A stretch of 64,000 nucleotides of DNA, taken from contig NC_082730.1 of assembly GCF_030144855.1 (NCBI RefSeq), forward strand, positions 2,480,001 to 2,544,000, in the 5' to 3' direction. Shown here piece after piece: positions 12,720 to 25,410 of the stretch. The notes beneath the pieces are model-generated. The model ran no database searches. It was not told the DNA's origin and saw only the letters and a program-made list of their open reading frames with translations. Source of the DNA: Hypanus sabinus. Lineage: Eukaryota. Every line of letters begins with the position of its first letter. The stretch's first letter is position 1. The position numbers were made by a program, and so were the translations under genes.

Positions 12720-13270
12720 TAAGGCCAAAACAGCTTAGGTTTAAAGTAAGAGGAACAAATTTTAAAGGGGATCTGAGGCTATCAATCTTTTTTAACACAG
12801 ATTTGGAATCAGGTTTGTAGCCACTAAGTGAGGGATATCAGAGAGTGCTTGATATCTGGAACTTGCAACAGAGTCATTGGATAGAATTGAATGTTGAAAG
12901 GCTTTGATAGGGTAGATTTGGAGAGCATGTTTCCTTTATTGCAAGAAAGTAAGACCAGAAGACACAGCCTCAAAATTGAGGGGCATTCATTTAGAACAGA
13001 GATGATGAGGAATCTCTTTAGTCAGACAGTGGTGAATCTGTGGAATTCATTGCCACAGGTGGCTGTGGAGGCCAGGTCATTGTGTATATTTAAGGCAGAA
13101 GTTGATTGATTCTTGAGCAGTCAGGGAATAAGGAGATATGGGGAGAAGGCAGGAGATTGGGGCTGAGAGAGAAATCGATTTGCCATGGTAAAATGGCAGA
13201 GCAGACTTGATGGATCAAATGGCCTAATTATGCTCCATAATACCATACTGTATCTTATGGTATTATGGTT
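12720..13270 (+). mobile_element. CR1 3' fragments
   Basis: KGFDRVD…MFPL…RRHSLKIEG…FRTEMMRNLFSQTVVNLWNSLPQ with a degenerate TTATGG tail. Confidence 0.8.
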
Positions 13271-15239
13271 AATTACTATGTTGAAATTACTTTTACACAG
13301 ACACTTAAATGGGCAAGGCATAAACATATATGACTTTATTGTTCATAAGTGGGAACAATGAGGCTGGCAAAGGGTCAGCCTAGACGTGATGGGCAGAAGA
13401 GTCTTTTTCTGTTCTGTACAGCTCCATAACTTTATGAATCTATAGTCCAGATCCGACTTGTATAGACCCCTTTGGAGAGTCTGTTTAGTGTAAATATTGC
13501 CTTTAGCTTTAAGAGACAACTCTCTTCGGAATGTTTCAGATCTGGCCAACTCAATTTCATCTGCCCCAGCCATTCTTGCGTCTGGAGGAAGAGTTTGACA
13601 TGCTAGTCTCTGGGTGGGATGGGAATAAAGGCCATCCTCTCTGCTTCTGTCGATGATATATTGCTTAGAGTTATGGTTCCAATCTTCTGAAGATGACATG
13701 TGAATGACAGCAAGTTTTTTCCAATATGTCATCCACAGGGGAGAGGAGCGTTTTTGATTTCTGTTAGCTCAGTTGCTTGCAGACTTTCTGAAGACGGGGA
13801 CACTACATGGAGCACCACAGACTTTCACTATCTGTGACACTACCAGGGGAAACCTGACCAGAAAACTGGCAAGAACTGAATGTCAAAGTTACAACCCATC
13901 CAAGACATTGGACAGAACTGTTCTGATGCCTTTTTACAGGGGACGAGCACTGCTCATAAACCAACTGATGACGCCTGTCACTGGACCTGTCCTCTGCCTT
14001 GGCCTCCAAGTTCCAGAACAATCAGGTGGACTTCTTCTGATTCAAGAGGATCCTCTGAGTCTCTAGAGTGAGGAGAGTGGTCAGTTGATTGTGCGTCCAA
14101 ACCCAGGTAGTGACTCTCCACTCTCAGACCCTGCAGAGGTGTCCATATATTGACCATTGGGCTAGGTGGGATGTTGTGATAATACATTAGCTTTTTGTTT
14201 CAAGATGACACACTGTTTTCAGATCAGCTCCCTGAAAGAATTATGGGAATATTTTCAGAGTGTGGGCTGTGCTCAACTCCAGTTAGAGAGCTTCCCGGTT
14301 GACAGAACACATGATTGAGGCTGACAGGGTGAGCAGATGGTGGAGGAGCACACACTCAACATTCAGGCTCAGAACAAGAGACTCTGGGTGTCTGTCACCA
14401 GACATTGACTAACGAAGGTTTGGGGATCTGGAATCACAGTTTTCATCTTTACCTTATCCCTAACATTTCTGGTGATAATATCTTTGTAGATTTCCTGCAC
14501 ACTCTCACCAGCGTGCCTCATCTCTTTTCTGATGTGGCAACCAGTTGTGATTGAGCCAGTATCAATACAGGTGCACCATTTCATCCATGGTTTTACATTC
14601 TGTGCTAGGTCAGAGGAAACAGCCCTGTGATTTTATGACACTTTACAGAGCTTAAAGAGACCTGACACTCATCCGTCCATCTCTCTCTCTGACTTTGTCT
14701 CTGTCTCTGTCTCTCTTTCTATCTCTCTGTCTCTCTCCCCTAAGGATCTTCTCTTGTGTCATGATGTTCATGAAGCAGAATGAGGGGCAGAAAATAGGGT
14801 CTGTTCATGTTATCCATTAAAAAGCGGTTGACTCTGAATGCCCAGAGGCTGTGTGGCGGTGGGGAGCTAACGTCATTGCCTGATGAGCTGATTCTCAGTT
14901 GATGCTGGGAGGAAGTGGTTCAGACTCAAAGCACATTTGGTGAGCAAGAAACACATGAAGCCAAAAATAGTGCTGGACTCCAGATATCAAGACAGAGCTA
15001 GGAGTAATTGAGCCAAGAGGAATGGGGGAGGGGGAAAGAGAGACAGAGTGAGAGATGGGGGCAGGGGCTGGGGAGGCAAAGGGTAAGACTGTATAATCTT
15101 CAAGACTCATATGTCATGGAACTGGCAGAGATGAAGAGGGAGAAGGAGAAAGAGGGGATGCAGATCAAGGGAGCATTCACAGACATATGTACTGTATATA
15201 CTCAGAGAGATTAAGTAAGACTATATCAGGCCACTCTCC

Positions 15240-15428
15240 CCGTACGTTCTCCCCATGACCATGTGGGTTTCCTTCGGGTGCTCTGGTTTGCTTCCACAGT
15301 CCAAAGATGTATCAATTTGTTGGTCATTGTAAATTGTGCCGTGATCAGGCGAGGGTTAGCTCAGTGCTTGCTGGCAGCTTGAAGGGACAGGAGGACCTAT
15401 TTCGCACTGATTCTTAATAAATAAATAA
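15240..15428 (+). mobile_element. V-domain SINE fragment (HE1-like)
   Basis: V-SINE core TTCTCCCC.TGACC..GTGGGTTTCC..CGGGTGCTC.GGTTT.C..CCACAGTCCAAAGA and an (AAAT)n tail. Confidence 0.75.
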
Positions 15429-16589
15429 GAACAATTAATGAAAGAGGACAGACCAAGGGAATAGTATGGCTTATCTTTCGTAGTCAGCTGGGCAGAGTAT
15501 GAACTAGCAGAGAGATAAGGAGTGATGACAATGGACTGAGATAAAGTAACATGCCCTGAAAAGCAAGACACGGCTCACACACATCTATGAACAGAACTAC
15601 TTTTACAATCTGACGTAACCCATATAGATGTTAAAGAGGGAGTTGGAGAGCTGGCAGAGGACCCTCATCACAATGAACATCTGCATCTTGAGGTTTTATG
15701 TCGGTGTTGTGAAGTTCCAAGAAACAGCATAAAGAATAGGAAATGACTTCTTTAAACTCTTGTGATAGGCGGAGCATTTTGTATATGACAAAGAACACGT
15801 CTAGTGATGAAACACATTGCACTAACTTCTTCCAGTCTTTCCCTGCCTCACTTTGCTTCACTTTTCTTTACACAGAACCAATGCCTCTCCATCTCTTTTG
15901 TGCACCTCTCACTCTCTCTGTCTTTCCTCATCTCTCTTTCAGTCTCATGGACTCTTTGACTCTCCCTCTGAATTAGAGTGGGTCTCTCTCAGTCACTGTG
16001 TGTCTGTCATCCTCTTTCAATTTATCTGGATTTCTCAGCCTCTCCATGTCTGCCTTTCAGTCTCACACTCCTTCTGAATTTCTCTTTCAAAGTTTGTCGA
16101 ATACCCTCTCTGTCCTTGTCTGTCATTATCTCTGTTTGTCCCTCTTAGTCTACCTGTGTGTGTTTATATCTCTTTCTTTCAGATGGTCTCTATCAACATA
16201 TCTTCAAAGTTCAAAGTAAAATTTACTGTCAGATTACATGCAGTACACATCAGCCCTGAGATTCTTTTTCCTGTGGGCATGCTTAGCAAATCTATAGAAT
16301 AGTGACTCTAAACAGGAACAATGAAAGTGCAAGAGTATAGAAGACAACAAACTGTGCAAATGCAAATAGAAATATAAATAAATAGCAATAAACAACAAGA
16401 ACATGAAAAAGATAGTATAAATTCTCCTTTAAGTGAGATGCAAGACCTGGGCCTCAATACCCCTTTTTTTTTTTGCTTTTTTTCCTGTAACCTTTCATGC
16501 CTTTACTTATTCAAGAACCTATCAGCCTCTGCTTTAAATATACCCTGTGACTCAGCCTGCACAGATGTTTGTGACAATGATTCACTACC

Positions 16590-17060
16590 ATCTAGCTAAA
16601 GAAATTCCTCCTCATCTCTGTTCTAGATAGATGTCCTTCTGTTCTGATGCTCTGGCCACAGGTCGTAGACTCCCCCACTGTAGGAAGTGTCTTCTCCTCA
16701 TCCATTCTGTCTAGGCCTTTCAATTTTTGATAGGTTTCAATGAGATTCTCCATCATTATAAGAACATAAGAAATAGGAGCAGGAGTCGGCCACCTGCTCC
16801 GTTGAGCCTGCTCTGCCATTCAATAAGATCATGGCTGGTCTGACCATGGACTCATCTCCAACTACCTGCCTTTTCCCCATAACCCTTAATTCCCCTACTA
16901 TGCAAAAATCTATCCAAACTTGCCTTAAGCAAGGTGTATTTTAAACTCCAGTGAGTATAGGCCCTGAATTATCAAATGCTCCTCATATATTAATCCTTTC
17001 TTTCCCAGGATCATTCTCACAAACCTCCTCGCGACCCTTTCCAATGCCAGTATATCCATT
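16590..17060 (-). mobile_element. Two adjacent CR1 3' fragments
   Basis: LIETYQKLKGLDRMD…RTEMRRNFFS; (AGAACATA) tail at about 16761. Confidence 0.75.
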
Positions 17061-17074
17061 AAGGGGCCTTTAAG

Positions 17075-17815
17075 ATAAGGGGCTCAAAGCTATTTTCACC
17101 TCACAGATACTTTGTACAGTTTGCTCAAGGAGCCACCTCACAGTATCCACAGGGCCCCTGTCCCGCAGTGTCTTCTTGACGTTCTGTGTTGACCACTGCC
17201 TGATGGACTTGTCATCATAAGCATTTGCGTGGATGAACTTTCCCATGAAGGGCAGGTATTGCAGCAACGTCCGGCTAACTGGGACACAGTGTAGCGATAC
17301 GACCAGGCCTATCTACCACAGCACTAGGAACAGGCAGAATATTAGCATGTAGTGACACTTGGTGCCACACACTGCCTGATGCAGCCATACACAAAGATGC
17401 TTATCAGGATAGGAACTATGTCCATTACTCTTGTGTCCAGGCACTCACTGGTTCTGACACGTTAGATTCATTCCATCTTCAATCCTGAGGGGAACTGCAG
17501 GATGGGCTGGGTAATTCCCAAGGTGGACCAGTGGAGGACAATCTATACCTACAATAAGTACAGTGATCTTGAGAGCAAGTCACACTTGATGACCGAGTTC
17601 TTCCCAGATACTGAGAGGGAGCACCACTTCCACAAACATAGTTTTGTTTGATCTTTCCTTTCCATTTGAGCCAATACTTGACAACATGCCTTGGTCTCTG
17701 AACATGATCTGCGGCACCTTCTGGTATTCAGATCTGACAGTGAAGAGGATATTGGTTGGTTATGTAAGTTGCTGAAGAACATCATCTCACTCTTATTGCA
17801 GTTGATTCTGATCCT
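17075..17815 (-). mobile_element. Tx1-like (L1 clade) ORF2 fragment
   Basis: LWKWCSLSVSGKNSVIKCDLLS and KFIHANAYDDKSIRQWSTQNVKKTLR, recognisable as post-RT segments of Tx1-type ORF2. Confidence 0.65.
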
Positions 17816-17858
17816 CAAATGAAATTTGTAACAAATCCCTCATGCACATATTTATTCT

Positions 17859-18115
17859 TCACCTCATTCTGTTCCTATACTCACTGTCACGTGACACAAG
17901 CTGTAATTCCGAGATTACTACCTTTGAGGTCCTGCTTCTCAGCTTCCTTCCTAACTCCCTGTAGTCTGTTTCCAGGACCTCTTCACTTTTCCTACCTATG
18001 TCGTTGGTACCAATATGTACCACAACCTCTGGCTTTTCTCCTTCCCACTTCAGGGTATCGTGGAGGCAATCAGAAAGACCCTGGACCTTGGTACCTGGGA
18101 GGCAAACTACCATCT
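17859..18115 (-). mobile_element. CR1 ORF1 esterase fragment
   Basis: MVVCLPGTKVQG…EVVVHIGTNDIGRK…SKVVISEL. Confidence 0.8.
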
Positions 18116-18474
18116 GTGTTTCTTTGCTGTGCCCACAGATGTCAAATGCAATGTTTGAAACTATTTTCAGACGACAAGAATATGAAAACAAGAATATAGT
18201 GCCAAGGCTTTATCATCATTGGTCAGAATGCATGAAGTATTGTGAACAGCTTTTGCTCCTTTTCTAAGAAAGAATGTTTTGGAATTAGAGATGGTCCAGA
18301 GGACTTTCGTGAGAATGATGCTGGCAATGGAAGTGTTAACGTAAGACGAGCTTTTGAATAAATATAGAGGGAAAAAACTGAATTACAGTAAGAATATAGG
18401 TGAGCAAGAACAGCTACTTCCCTTCAATCATTTGGGTCTTGAAGCAGTTGGAAAATGTCCTAATCTCCACAACA

Positions 18475-18640
18475 TTTGATGTTTCGGTCTGAGCCTCTCC
18501 ATTCAGTCCGGATGAAGTGACTTTTCCCAAAACATGACTGTTTACTCTTTTCCATGGATGCTGCTTGACCTGTGAGTTCCTCCTGTATTTTGTGTGTGTT
18601 GCTTTGGATTTCCAGCATCTGCAGATTTTCTCATGTTTAT
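18475..18640. mobile_element. Head-to-head Penelope terminal fragments
   Basis: Degenerate hammerhead-like motif on each strand, followed by the PLE terminal sequence …GGATTTCCAGCATCTGCAG. Confidence 0.55.
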
Positions 18641-18954
18641 GGATAATTATGCTTTGTTTTGTCTAGGCTGCTTATAGGATGCTATATGTCTGAGTTTAGG
18701 CTGAAAGTAAGTTTAAATTTGCAAAGATGTACTTGCACACATGACAATAAACTCATCTTTGGATTTTGAACTTTATGGCCATATTGTTCCCTGTTATCCA
18801 GTCTTATCTTCTACCCGACACACCAACACATTGTTTCCAATACACAGGCCTGTAGTTTCTGCAAACACTTTTGGTTCAGCATGTTACCACTTGGCTTCCT
18901 GAAATCAAAGTTATAGTCTTTCCCGTTCCCCTTTATCCAAAACGCATGTCACTT

Positions 18955-19905
18955 AGACAATAGACAATAGACAATAGGTGCAGAAGTAGACCATTCGGCC
19001 CCTCGAGTCTGCATCACCATTCTGAGATCATGGCTGATCATTCACTATCAATACCCTGCCTTGTCCCCATATCCCTTGATTCCCCTATCCATCAGATATC
19101 TATCTAGCTCCTTCTTGAAAGCATCCTGAGAATTGGCCTCCACCGTCTTCCAAGGCAGTGCATTCCACACCTCCACAACTCTCTGGGAGAAGAAGCTCTT
19201 CCTCAACTCTGTTTTAAATAACTGACCTCTTATTCTCAATCCATGCCCTCTGGTACTGGACTCTCCCAACATCTGGAACATATTTCCTGCCTCAATCCTA
19301 TCAAATCCTTTAATTATCTTAAACGTTTCAATCAGATCCCCTCTCAATCTCCTCAATTCCAGCGTGTACAAGCCCAATCTCTCCAATCTCTCTGCATAAG
19401 ACAGCCCTGCCATCCCAGGAATCAACCTAGTGAATCTACGCTGCACTTCCTTAATTGCCAGAATGTCCTTCCTTAAACCTGGAGACCAAAACTGTACACA
19501 ATATTCCAGGTGTGGTCTCACCAGGGCCCTGTACAAATGCAAAAGGACATCCTTGCTCTTGTACTCAATTCCCCTTGTAACAAAGGCCAACATTCCATTT
19601 GCCCTCTTCACTGCCTGTTGCACTTGCTCATTCACCTTCATTGACTGGTGAACTAGGACTCCTAGGTCTCTTTGCATTTCCCCCTTACCTAACTCTACAC
19701 CGTTCAGACAATACTCTGCCCTCTTGTTCCTGCTTCCAAAGTGGATAACTTCACATTTATTCACATTGAATGACATCTGTCAAGTATCTGCCCACTCACT
19801 CAGCCTTTCCAAGTCTCCCTGTATTCTCCTAACGTCCTCTTCGCATGTCACACTGCCAGCCAGTTTAGTATCGTCAGCAAACTTGCTGATATATTTTTCA
19901 ATGCT
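18955..19905 (-). mobile_element. CR1 3' fragment
   Basis: 242-aa ORF 19048-19776 (FNVNKCEVIHFG…RPHLEYCVQFWSP…); (GACAATA)n tail at 18955-18976. Confidence 0.93.
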
Positions 19906-20159
19906 CTCATCTAAATCGTTGACATTCAAGAACTTCAATAAGTTGGTCAAACCTGATCTCCTTTTGACTTTGCCCGATTGCCTTCATTTTTTCTTAGTGG
20001 GACGTCATTAAAAGTAGCTTTGCCATATTGTCTGACATGTTGTTCCGTGGCTTTCTGTCATCTATTTGAAATGAGGGATTACCATTAATGATTTCAAATA
20101 TAATCGCTTTAAATCTTCATATCTTGCAGAAGGGATCAGTCACTGACATCCACCCACTG

Positions 20160-20300
20160 TCAATGCCTCCGTGCTGACGTGAAGTCGTGGCTTCCTGAAT
20201 GTGCTCACAACGCTGATACAAGTTCAGCAGGCGGATCACAACCAAGAACCGGATGCAAGCAAAAACCTGTCCTATCGAGCACTGCAGTTGCTGGAGAGAT
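20160..20300 (+). promoter_or_regulatory. Candidate promoter/5'UTR of the SLAM-like gene
   Basis: Non-repeat, locally CpG-richer DNA with TGACGTG (20175) and an ETS core CTTCCTG (20191) just upstream of a strong-Kozak ATG. Short motifs only. Confidence 0.3.
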
Positions 20301-20355
20301 ATGGCCTTCAGGTGGTTTCTCATCTCCCTCTGGCTGACGCTGTCCATCTCAGATC
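20301..20355 (+). pseudogene. Candidate leader (signal peptide) exon of the CD2/SLAM-family gene
   Basis: gatATGg Kozak context; MAFRWFLISLWLTLSISD plus 1 nt, then a GTGAGT donor. Phase 1 matches the downstream Ig exons. The link to V1, 12 kb away, is inferred. Confidence 0.65.
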
Positions 20356-21459
20356 GTGAGTTAAATCAAAAAAAATTATGTTTTTCACTTCTCTCTGTCT
20401 AAGGCCTGTGTTATTTCCACAGTTCTCCTCCAAGGCTCCCAGAGCAGGGACGGTAGTAACTGAGTAGAAAGTGAGGTTCTCTATACGCTGTCCCAATGTA
20501 CGCTCCAGATACAGAACGTGAAGTATTCCCTTCGACAATCGCCAAGGAAACACACACCAAAATATGCAGATTGGAGTTCCTCTACCCATTCTGTGCCTAT
20601 CTCTTTGCTCTTTATGTGGGTAAGATCAGATTTTAATGATTGATTGCTTTTAGGGCAGTGAAATGTATGTGAACTGATCTAGCTTCTCAGTCACGCAGGC
20701 CTGAGAGTGCCATGCCCTGGTCTCGTTCTAGTCTACACCCTGATACTGGAATAGCTGATGACTAATTACCTCCTTGACCTTCACCCTCACCCTTTCTCAT
20801 CCCCTTTAGTTCTCTATCTGGTCAGTCTCTATATCTGCCTACCCAAACACTTCCTCTTTCTCTCCCTCTCTCTTCCTATTTCAGCCCTCTCTTAATTTGT
20901 TTGCTTTCATGATTCCTGTCTGTCTCTCCTCAGATCAGCTTCTTTTCTCTTCCCGCCTCTCTCTCTCTCTCTCTCTGTCTGAAACCCAGAAATCAAAGCT
21001 ATTTTCTGCTTTGCATGTGATTTTTTTGCCTCTTTGCACTTCCTGTTGCCATTTGATAGAGAGTACGAGTGAACACCATCCCTCTGAGCGTTAGCTTATC
21101 ACCAGCTAGCAGCAGGCCCATAACCTCCCACTGAGGCTCTGGCTGTTCATGAAACTCAGCTCCTCTCTCTCTTCCCTGAGAGCGGACAAATTGTGAAACA
21201 TGAAGCCACTCCCTGCGTCACTGGTGTTGGACTCCACAGTCCTCTTCCTGCTCCAGACTGATTCCCCATTTTCTTCCAGTTTAACACCGTTGACAGCTGA
21301 TCTGTTAAAGTCATAGATAAGTTCATTGTCATGTGCACAAGGGCAATGATCAGCCACAGGCATGTCAAATCCCATCAGCAGTATTCACAAGAAAAGTATA
21401 AGCACAATTTTTACAAAATGGACAAAAAACATCAAAGTGTATTTTCATGCAAAGTGATT

Positions 21460-21715
21460 AATCTGGTCACTTAGCAGATTAAAAGGAGATCTGATAGAGG
21501 TATTCAAAATTATGAGGGGTAGATGCACGCTGGCTTTATCTACTGAGGTTGGTGGAACGACAACCAGAGATCATGGGTTAAGGGTGAAAGGTGAAAAGTT
21601 TAAGGGGAATCTTCTTCACTTAGCTGGTTGTAACAGGGGGATGAGCTGCCAGCAAAAATGGTGCAAGCAAGCTTGATTTCAACATTTAGGAGAAGTTTGG
21701 ATATGTACATGCAAA
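21460..21715 (+). mobile_element. CR1 3' fragment
   Basis: GGAGATCTGATAGAGGTATTCAAAATTATGAGG…CATGGGTTAAGGGTGAAAGG. Confidence 0.75.
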
Positions 21716-22500
21716 GTACACCGCAGATGCTGTGGTCAAATCAACACGTACAACAAGCTGGAGAAACCCAGCAGGTCGGGCAGCATCTGTGGAAACGAAC
21801 AATCAACATTTCAGGCTGAGACCCTTCATCAAGACTGAAGAGGGAGGGGACAGGGGCCCTATAAAGAAGGTGGGGGAGGGTGGGAAGGAGAAGGCTGGTA
21901 GGTGCCAGATGAAAAACCAATCAGAGGAAAGATCAAGAGGTGGGGGAGGGGAAGCAGGGAGGGGATAGGCAGGAAAGTTGAAGAAGGAATATAAGGGAAA
22001 TCGCTGTGTAGTAGAATCATGTAGAAGGCAGAATCATGAGAGGGGTGATAGGCAGCTGGAAGAGGAGGCAGAGTGAAACTAGGATGAGGGAAGGGAGAGG
22101 GAGGGAATTACTGGAAGTTGGAGAATTTGATGTTCATGCCAAGGGGCTGGAGACTACCCAGATGGTATATGAGGTGTTGCTCCTCCAACCTGAGTTTGGC
22201 TTCATCATGGCAGTAGAGGAGGCCATGTATGGACATATCCGAATGAGAATGTGATGCAGAGTTGAAGTGGGTGGCAACCGGGAGATCCTGTCTGTTGTGG
22301 CGGACGGAGCGAAGGTGCTCGACGAAGCGGTACCCCAATATGCATCGGGTCTCGGCGATGTAGAGGAGGCCACACCAGGAGCATCGGATGCAATAGATGA
22401 CCCCAACAGACTCACAAGTGAAGTGTTTGTCCCCCAAACAGTCCTTCCAGCTGAGGCAACACTTCACTTGTTTCATGACCCCCCCACTCTCCACTTTCCA
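21715..22500 (-). mobile_element. Penelope-like element 3' part (GIY-YIG endonuclease + terminal repeat)
   Basis: ORF 22108-22494 FTCESVGVIYCIRCSWCGLLYIAETRCILGYRFVEHL…VATHFN; hammerhead-like motif at 21801-21836. Confidence 0.9.
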
Positions 22501-22990
22501 TAAGGATCACTCTCTACGTGACTTCCTTGTCCACTTGTCTCTCTCCAATGATTCCCCTCCTGGCACATAATCTTGAAAGTGTACACCTGCCTCGACACCT
22601 CCTCCCTCACCACATTTCAGGACCCTAAATAGTCCTTCCTGTTGGAACAACACTTTGTTTGCAAATCTATTGGGGTCATCTATTGCATGTGGTTCTCCCA
22701 TTATGGTCTCCTCTACATCAGTAAGTTCCATGCTGACTGGGGGACAGCTGCATCAAACAGATTTTCTCTGTTTGCTGCAAAATGTGAGACCACCCATTAC
22801 AATTTGACTTCCCATTCTCATTCTGTCTAAAGCCTCCTGTACTCCAGAATGAGAACAAACTCAGGTAGGATAGCCTTCAACCTGATGGTATGAACATTGA
22901 TTTCTCTGTCCATAATTAAACTCTTCACCCCCTTTTCTTTTTCCATTCCCCATAAGGGTTCCCTCTCACCCCGTCTCTTCTCCTCTACTG
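22501..22990 (+). mobile_element. Second, more degenerate Penelope GIY-YIG fragment in opposite orientation
   Basis: QHFVCKSIGVIYCMWFSHYGLLYI; homologous to 58900-59300. Confidence 0.75.
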
Positions 22991-23039
22991 CCCATCATCT
23001 CCCCATGATTCCCCTCCATCTTTCGATTCTTCTGTGGCT

Positions 23040-23620
23040 AGTATTCTCAGAATCAGCATTAGGTTTATTATCACTGATGTAAATAATGTAATTTGGTGTT
23101 TTGTGGCAGCAGTACAGTGCAATACATAAAATATACAAAGAATTTTCAGAGTAAATACATATCAAAATGAAATAACTTGTACAAAAAGGAGAGTAGAAAT
23201 AGTGAGGTCGTGTTCATGGTTTCACCTTCTGTTCAGAAATCGGATGACAGAGAGGAAGAAGCTATTCATAAAGTGTTGAGTGTGTGTTTTCAGAATCCTG
23301 TACCTTCTCTCTGCTGGAAGCAATGAGAAGAGGGCATGTCTTGGGCATTGCTTTTTGAAGGTGTCCACAATAGTGCTTAGGCCAGTGTCCATGATGGAGC
23401 TGGCTAAATTCACAACTTTCTGCAGCTTCTCCAATCCTGTACTGTGGCCCTTCCATATCATACAGTGATGCAGCCAATAAAAATGCTCACCTTGGCACAT
23501 CTGTAAACATCTGCTAGAGTCTTTGGTGACGTTTCAAATCTCCACAAACTCCTAATAAAATATATACTGGTGTAGCCTCTTTGTAATTGTATCAATATGT
23601 TGGGACCAGGATAGATCTTC
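23040..23620 (-). mobile_element. Rex1/Babar-type LINE 3' fragment
   Basis: KLQKVVNLASSI…HALFSLLPAERRYRILKTHTQHFMNSFFLSVIRFLN, a DUF1891-like C-terminus. Confidence 0.75.
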
Positions 23621-23920
23621 TGAGATCTTTCCTATTAAAACCCTTCTTCTGTCCTAACATCTCGCAGCTTCTCACCTCCCCCACCCACCCACCTTCCCTC
23701 TCACCTAGTCTCATCCATCAGCTATCAGCTTGTGCTCCTTCACCTGCCGCACTTTCTTATTGTGGCTTCTGTCTCTTCCTTTCCAGTCTTGCTGAAGGTT
23801 CTTGGTCTGAAATTTTGACTGTTTATTCCCCTCCATAGATGCTCCCTGACATGCTGAGTTCCAATGGTATTTTGTATGTGTTGTTTGTTTAAGATTACCA
23901 GCGTCTGCAGACTCTCTTGT
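23620..23920 (+). mobile_element. Penelope terminal fragment
   Basis: Pyrimidine-rich 3' region, degenerate AGTC-TTGCTGA…GAAA…GACT at 23785-23820, then the terminal sequence. Confidence 0.65.
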
Positions 23921-23929
23921 GCCCATGTA

Positions 23930-24880
23930 TTCCAAGGTTCCAGATTAATTTACCATGCAGGACTTTGTCAAGTATCTTCCTAAAGCCCATGTAGACAATG
24001 CCTATTATTCTGCCTCTCAGTTGCCTCTTCAAAAATCTCAATCACATCTGTGAGACACCATCATGCACGTAACTATGCTAAATTATCCATAATCAGTATT
24101 TGCCTTTCCAAATGCAGGTAGATCCCTATGCCTCAGAGTCCTCTCCAGTAATTTTCCCACCAATGTTCGGCTCACCACCTCAGTCCCTGGCTTTTCCTAG
24201 TAGCCTTTCTTAACTAAAGGCAAAAACACTCTCCAGTCTTCCAGTATCTCATCTATGGCTGCTAATGGTATAAATATCACCTCCAAGACTCCAGTAACTT
24301 TTTCAAACTTCTCGACAGTATCCAAGGATGCACTTGATTGGCCTCCGGAATTTCATGAAATTTAAGACTGCCAGCACCACCTATTTTGTCATGAAACAAT
24401 GTTCCGACAGATCACAATTTTTTTCCCGTATTCCTTCCTTTCCGTAACTTTCACCACAAACAATTTCAAAGGAAATACTAACTTAAAACACTTTCAATTT
24501 TCCATGGCTCACATATGGATGACTGCATTGAACCTTAAGGTGCTCTGTTATATCCCCAGTTACCTCTTTACTCTGAATATACTTACAGATTCCCTTAAAG
24601 TTCTCCTTTATCTTTTCAGACATGCTGTATCTTTTTGCTCTTTTGATTTCCATCAGTGTATCCCTGCATCTATGATACTCTTCAAGTAATTCCCTTGATC
24701 CCTTTTATATTCTTTTACTTGACCTTAATTTCCCTCATGAACCAGCTTTCCCTGAAACCCCTGCCACTTTGCATTTCAATCTAATATGAACATGCTGGCC
24801 GTCTTAATTTTAAGTCACTCCCACAAGTCTGATGTCTCTTTATCTTCAAGCAGCTTCTCCCTGTCAAACTTTGTAGTCTC
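23930..24880 (-). mobile_element. Old degenerate CR1 fragment
   Basis: Recognisable similarity to CR1 EN/RT DNA elsewhere in the window; no intact ORF. Confidence 0.5.
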
Positions 24881-24889
24881 TGTTTAAAA

Positions 24890-25410
24890 GTTCAAAGTAA
24901 ATTTTATTATCAAAGTACATACATGTCACCATATACATACTTGAAATTCATCTTCTCAGAGAATCTATAGAATAGTAACTCTAACATATTCAATGGAAGA
25001 TCAACCAGAATGCAGAAGGCAACAAACCATGCAAATGCAAATATAAATAAATAGTAATTACTAATGCGAACATGAGGTAATGAGACAAAGAGTCATTAAA
25101 TTTAGATTATTGGTTGTAGGAACATTTCAGAGATGGGGCGTGAGTGTAGTTATCCCCTTTTATTCAACAGCCTGATGGTTGAGGGTAGTAACTGTTCCGA
25201 GTGATGTGGGTTCTGAGGCTCTTGTGCCTTTCTGCGTGATGACAGCAGCAACAAGAGAGCATGATCTGGGTGGTGGGGATCTCTGATGATGGATGCTGCT
25301 TTCCTACAACAGTGTTTCATGTAGATGTACTCAATATTTGTGAGGGCTTTACTCATGATGTACTGGTTTGAGTCCATTACCTTTTGTAGGATTTTCCATT
25401 CAAAGCCTGT
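24890..25410 (-). mobile_element. Rex1/Babar-type LINE 3' fragment (related pieces at about 16200-16430, 25960-26210, 27540-28100, 29090-29400, 35850-36080, 36540-36800)
   Basis: KHCCRKAASIIRDPHHPDHALLLLLSSRRK…TIRLLN. Confidence 0.7.

Noticed and set aside
13343-14187. Minus-strand ORFs with Tyr motifs (DGLYSHP, NIYT) as a signalling tail exon
   Set aside because: No proper ITAM/ITIM spacing or splice support. A neighbouring frame (WNLEAKAEDRSS) weakly resembles an RTE LINE C-terminus, so this is left unassigned.
14410-14630. Hydrophobic frame GITVFIFTLSLTFLVIISL* as a TM exon of an upstream gene
   Set aside because: No clear acceptor or donor and no basic stop-transfer residues; compatible with T-rich chance sequence.
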